Below, one piece after another: positions 30,258 to 32,000 of a stretch of 32,000 bases of DNA. Positions within the stretch are counted from its first letter, which is position 1. Every line of letters starts with the position of its first letter. The stretch is taken from NCBI GenBank assembly GCA_022843095.1, contig JALHOH010000001.1:120001-152000 (forward strand). The letters run 5' to 3'. The DNA comes from Candidatus Saccharimonadota bacterium (GTDB lineage: Bacteria; Patescibacteriota; Patescibacteriia; 2-12-FULL-60-25). Both the position numbers and the translations under genes were made by a program. The notes below the pieces were generated by a model. It had not been told where the DNA came from. It did no database searches and saw nothing but the letters and a program-made list of their open reading frames with translations.

Positions 30258-30314
30258 TACGGATTCCCCAAATTTGTTCGAGCGCCGGGCTCAAACCCAT
30301 TGCGGGAATCCGTA
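30258..30314 (-). promoter_or_regulatory. Structured element in the leader of gene A: an 11-bp long-range helix enclosing 35 nt.
   Basis: The arms TACGGATTCCC (30258-30268) and GGGAATCCGTA (30304-30314) are perfectly complementary. The enclosed region contains GAGC-GCCGG-GCTC. The element lies 29-85 nt upstream of ATG 30229. Confidence 0.55.
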
Positions 30315-30481
30315 GTCTGTTTATTTTGTCAACAGGTTAACAAAAACGCGATAACGATCCTTGTGAGAACCCCAGGAGGAGAGCCACAAGAATCAATATC
30401 GCGTTTCTTTACACGGTTTTGCAAGCGCGCTCTCCACTTCGCCCTTGCAAATCAAGTTATATTGGAAGTTTCAACAATGGA

Positions 30482-30510
30482 ACAATAACACGTTTTCATG
30501 ATTTTGTCAA
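30482..30510 (-). promoter_or_regulatory. Promoter candidate for the island, read on the minus strand.
   Basis: On the minus strand: TTGACA (30510-30505), the 17-nt spacer AAATCATGAAAACGTGT, then TATTGT (30487-30482). A second minus-strand TTGACA at 30332-30327 lacks a convincing -10. Confidence 0.45.
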
Positions 30511-30585
30511 GGACACATAAACAAAAAAGGAACTTCCAGAAACACCCGTTCCTCCTTGACCCGACATAGGGTATACTTCATCTAT

Positions 30586-31578
30586 ATGCCCCGCCGGTTA
30601 CGCGTCGCCACCCTTGGTTCTGCCATCCAAGACGTGTTTCATGTAAGCAATGCGTTTGAAACCCGGAAGGATCCCGATGCGCCAGACGGCATGGATGCCT
30701 GCATGCCGCTTGGTGCCAAAATCGCGTTGGATGATCTGGTGCTTGCAACCGGAGGGGGTGCGACCAACGCTGCCGTCACTTTTGCCCGGTTTGGATATGA
30801 GGCGATCTGCATCGCGCGGGTGGGTGCTGACCTTTTTGGAGATGGCATCGTGGATACCTTGCAAAAGGAAGGGATCACAACCACCTTCGTTCAACGCGAT
30901 CCCAAACAAAAAACCGGGTATTCTTCGATCATCGTTGCGGGCGGAGGTCATCGCGCCATCCTGACTCTGCGCGGAGCATCCGCGCATCTCGACAAAAAAG
31001 CCCTCGCTAAAACACCAAAAGTCGATGGCTGGTACATCACCTCCTTGGGAGGCGATCTCGCAACTCTACGCGTTGCCTGCGCGCGAGCCGCAACACAGCG
31101 TGCACGTATCGCCTGGAATCCTGGAAACGCCGAGCTTGCGCTTGGATTAACCGCGCTTCGTCCCATACTCAAAAAAGTCGACTACCTGATCCTCAACCGC
31201 GAGGAAGCTGCGGTCCTGACCCACCAACCCCCGCGTGCGCTGGGCAAAATCTTGGATGTCCTTGCCGCTATCGTCCCAGGAACAATCGCGGTGACAGATG
31301 GCCGCCATGGCGCGTATCTCGCCGCATCAGGAGAACTCCTCTTCGCCCCGCCCCTCCCCGCAAAACGAAAGAACACGACAGGCGCAGGAGACGCCTTTGG
31401 GAGTGCCTCTGCCGCGATCTTGTTTGCCGGTGGATCCCCGGCACTCGCACTCGCGGTCGGGATGTTAAACGCAACCGGCGTCATCCAACAGATGGGCGCA
31501 AAAGCCGGAATTCTGAAAGAACTCCCCACAGCCACAGCCATCAAACGCGTGAAAATGTTTTCGTCCAAAGAATCGTGA
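30586..31578 (+). CDS. PfkB-family carbohydrate kinase (ribokinase-like).
   Basis: It carries the N-terminal GG motif region (LATGGGATNAAVTFARFG) and the C-terminal signature NTTGAGDAFGSA. I place the start at ATG 30586 (MPRRLRVATLGSAIQDVF). TATACT at 30572-30577 sits 8 nt upstream and no SD is present. The track start at 30556 is a TTG. Confidence 0.85.
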   Translation: MPRRLRVATLGSAIQDVFHVSNAFETRKDPDAPDGMDACMPLGAKIALDDLVLATGGGATNAAVTFARFGYEAICIARVGADLFGDGIVDTLQKEGITTTFVQRDPKQKTGYSSIIVAGGGHRAILTLRGASAHLDKKALAKTPKVDGWYITSLGGDLATLRVACARAATQRARIAWNPGNAELALGLTALRPILKKVDYLILNREEAAVLTHQPPRALGKILDVLAAIVPGTIAVTDGRHGAYLAASGELLFAPPLPAKRKNTTGAGDAFGSASAAILFAGGSPALALAVGMLNATGVIQQMGAKAGILKELPTATAIKRVKMFSSKES

Positions 31579-31621
31579 GTCCGACACAATCTCCGCGCGT
31601 GAATTGTGGTATCCTAGACAC

Positions 31622-32000
31622 ATGCCCCTTGGCGCGCGTCTCAAAAAGATCCTCTTTGAAAACCAGATCCTGGTCGTCTTGTTTGCGCTCATCGCCGGAA
31701 TGCTGTTCCCCGAACCGCTTAAACCGCTGAACACCTATTCAACCCAGTTGCTGATCTTGGTGTTTTTCTTTTCCAGTTTACGATTGTCCCTGCATGAGCT
31801 CCTGACCTACGCCCGCGATTGGAAGATGCTCACCATGGCCACGGCGTTCATGCTGCTTGTCCTGCCATTCGCCCTGTACTATCCCTTTTTGGTGTTTTCG
31901 CCGGATTGGGCGCTGGCACTTCTTATCCTTGGCGCCATGCCAACCGGGATGACCATCGCGCTTGTCGCCGAGTTTTTTGGTGGAAAAACATCGCTTGCCC
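31622..32000 (+). CDS. Bile acid:sodium symporter (BASS/SBF-like) family membrane transporter. The gene is partial and runs off the window end.
   Basis: This ORF is not in the track because it is open at the window edge. From the ATG at 31622 it reads MPLGARLKKILFENQILVVLFALIAGMLFP...LILGAMPTGMTIALVAEFFGG, with multiple TM helices. The extended -10 TGGTATCCT (31607-31615) ends 6 nt before the ATG, and no SD is present. Confidence 0.6.
   Translation, partial: MPLGARLKKILFENQILVVLFALIAGMLFPEPLKPLNTYSTQLLILVFFFSSLRLSLHELLTYARDWKMLTMATAFMLLVLPFALYYPFLVFSPDWALALLILGAMPTGMTIALVAEFFGGKTSLA

Noticed and set aside
30126-30488. A 120-aa plus-strand ORF in the island control region, plus the overlapping ORF 29930..30340.
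   Set aside because: It overlaps gene A antisense and then runs through AT-rich promoter and inverted-repeat sequence. It has no SD and its composition is implausible.

Overview
This 32-kb window is bacterial chromosome. GC content is mixed: hand counts of sample 60-nt lines give about 42-63% in core genes and about 65-73% in several accessory genes. The gene content hints at a Patescibacteria/CPR-like or similar small-genome lineage (a CPR-type T4SS-pilin-like domain, a TM-anchored family-5 SBP, DUF2207), but this taxonomic guess is low confidence.

The left two thirds (1-20.1 kb) carry mostly recognisable genes:
- a Cys-rich pilin-like surface protein translationally coupled to a DsbA-like oxidoreductase
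- secG and an orphan family-5 solute-binding protein
- tRNA-Leu(CAG)
- an HD-domain protein
- RNase J
- a Fur-family regulator divergent from a CooC/MinD-like P-loop ATPase
- two diverged tandem paralogs of unknown function
- trpS
- a FecR-domain protein plus CHASE2 class III nucleotidyl cyclase operon
- RNase P RNA (type A)
- a Pro-rich ORFan
- DUF2207

The right third (20.1-30.2 kb) is the most unusual part. It holds twelve consecutive minus-strand ORFs with no motif I can recognise: two lipoproteins, three small membrane proteins and seven soluble proteins. Almost all have strong GGAGG-type ribosome-binding sites (the large lipoprotein B has only a weak AAAGGA). The spacers between them are rich in hairpins. 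They include a 70-nt module present in two nearly identical copies flanking one gene, plus a degenerate third copy. The island begins at a ~330-bp AT-rich divergent control region and ends at an intrinsic terminator. A PfkB sugar kinase and a partial BASS-family transporter close the window.

No CRISPR array, integrase, transposase or rRNA was seen. All functional calls come from motif recognition by eye; no database search was possible.
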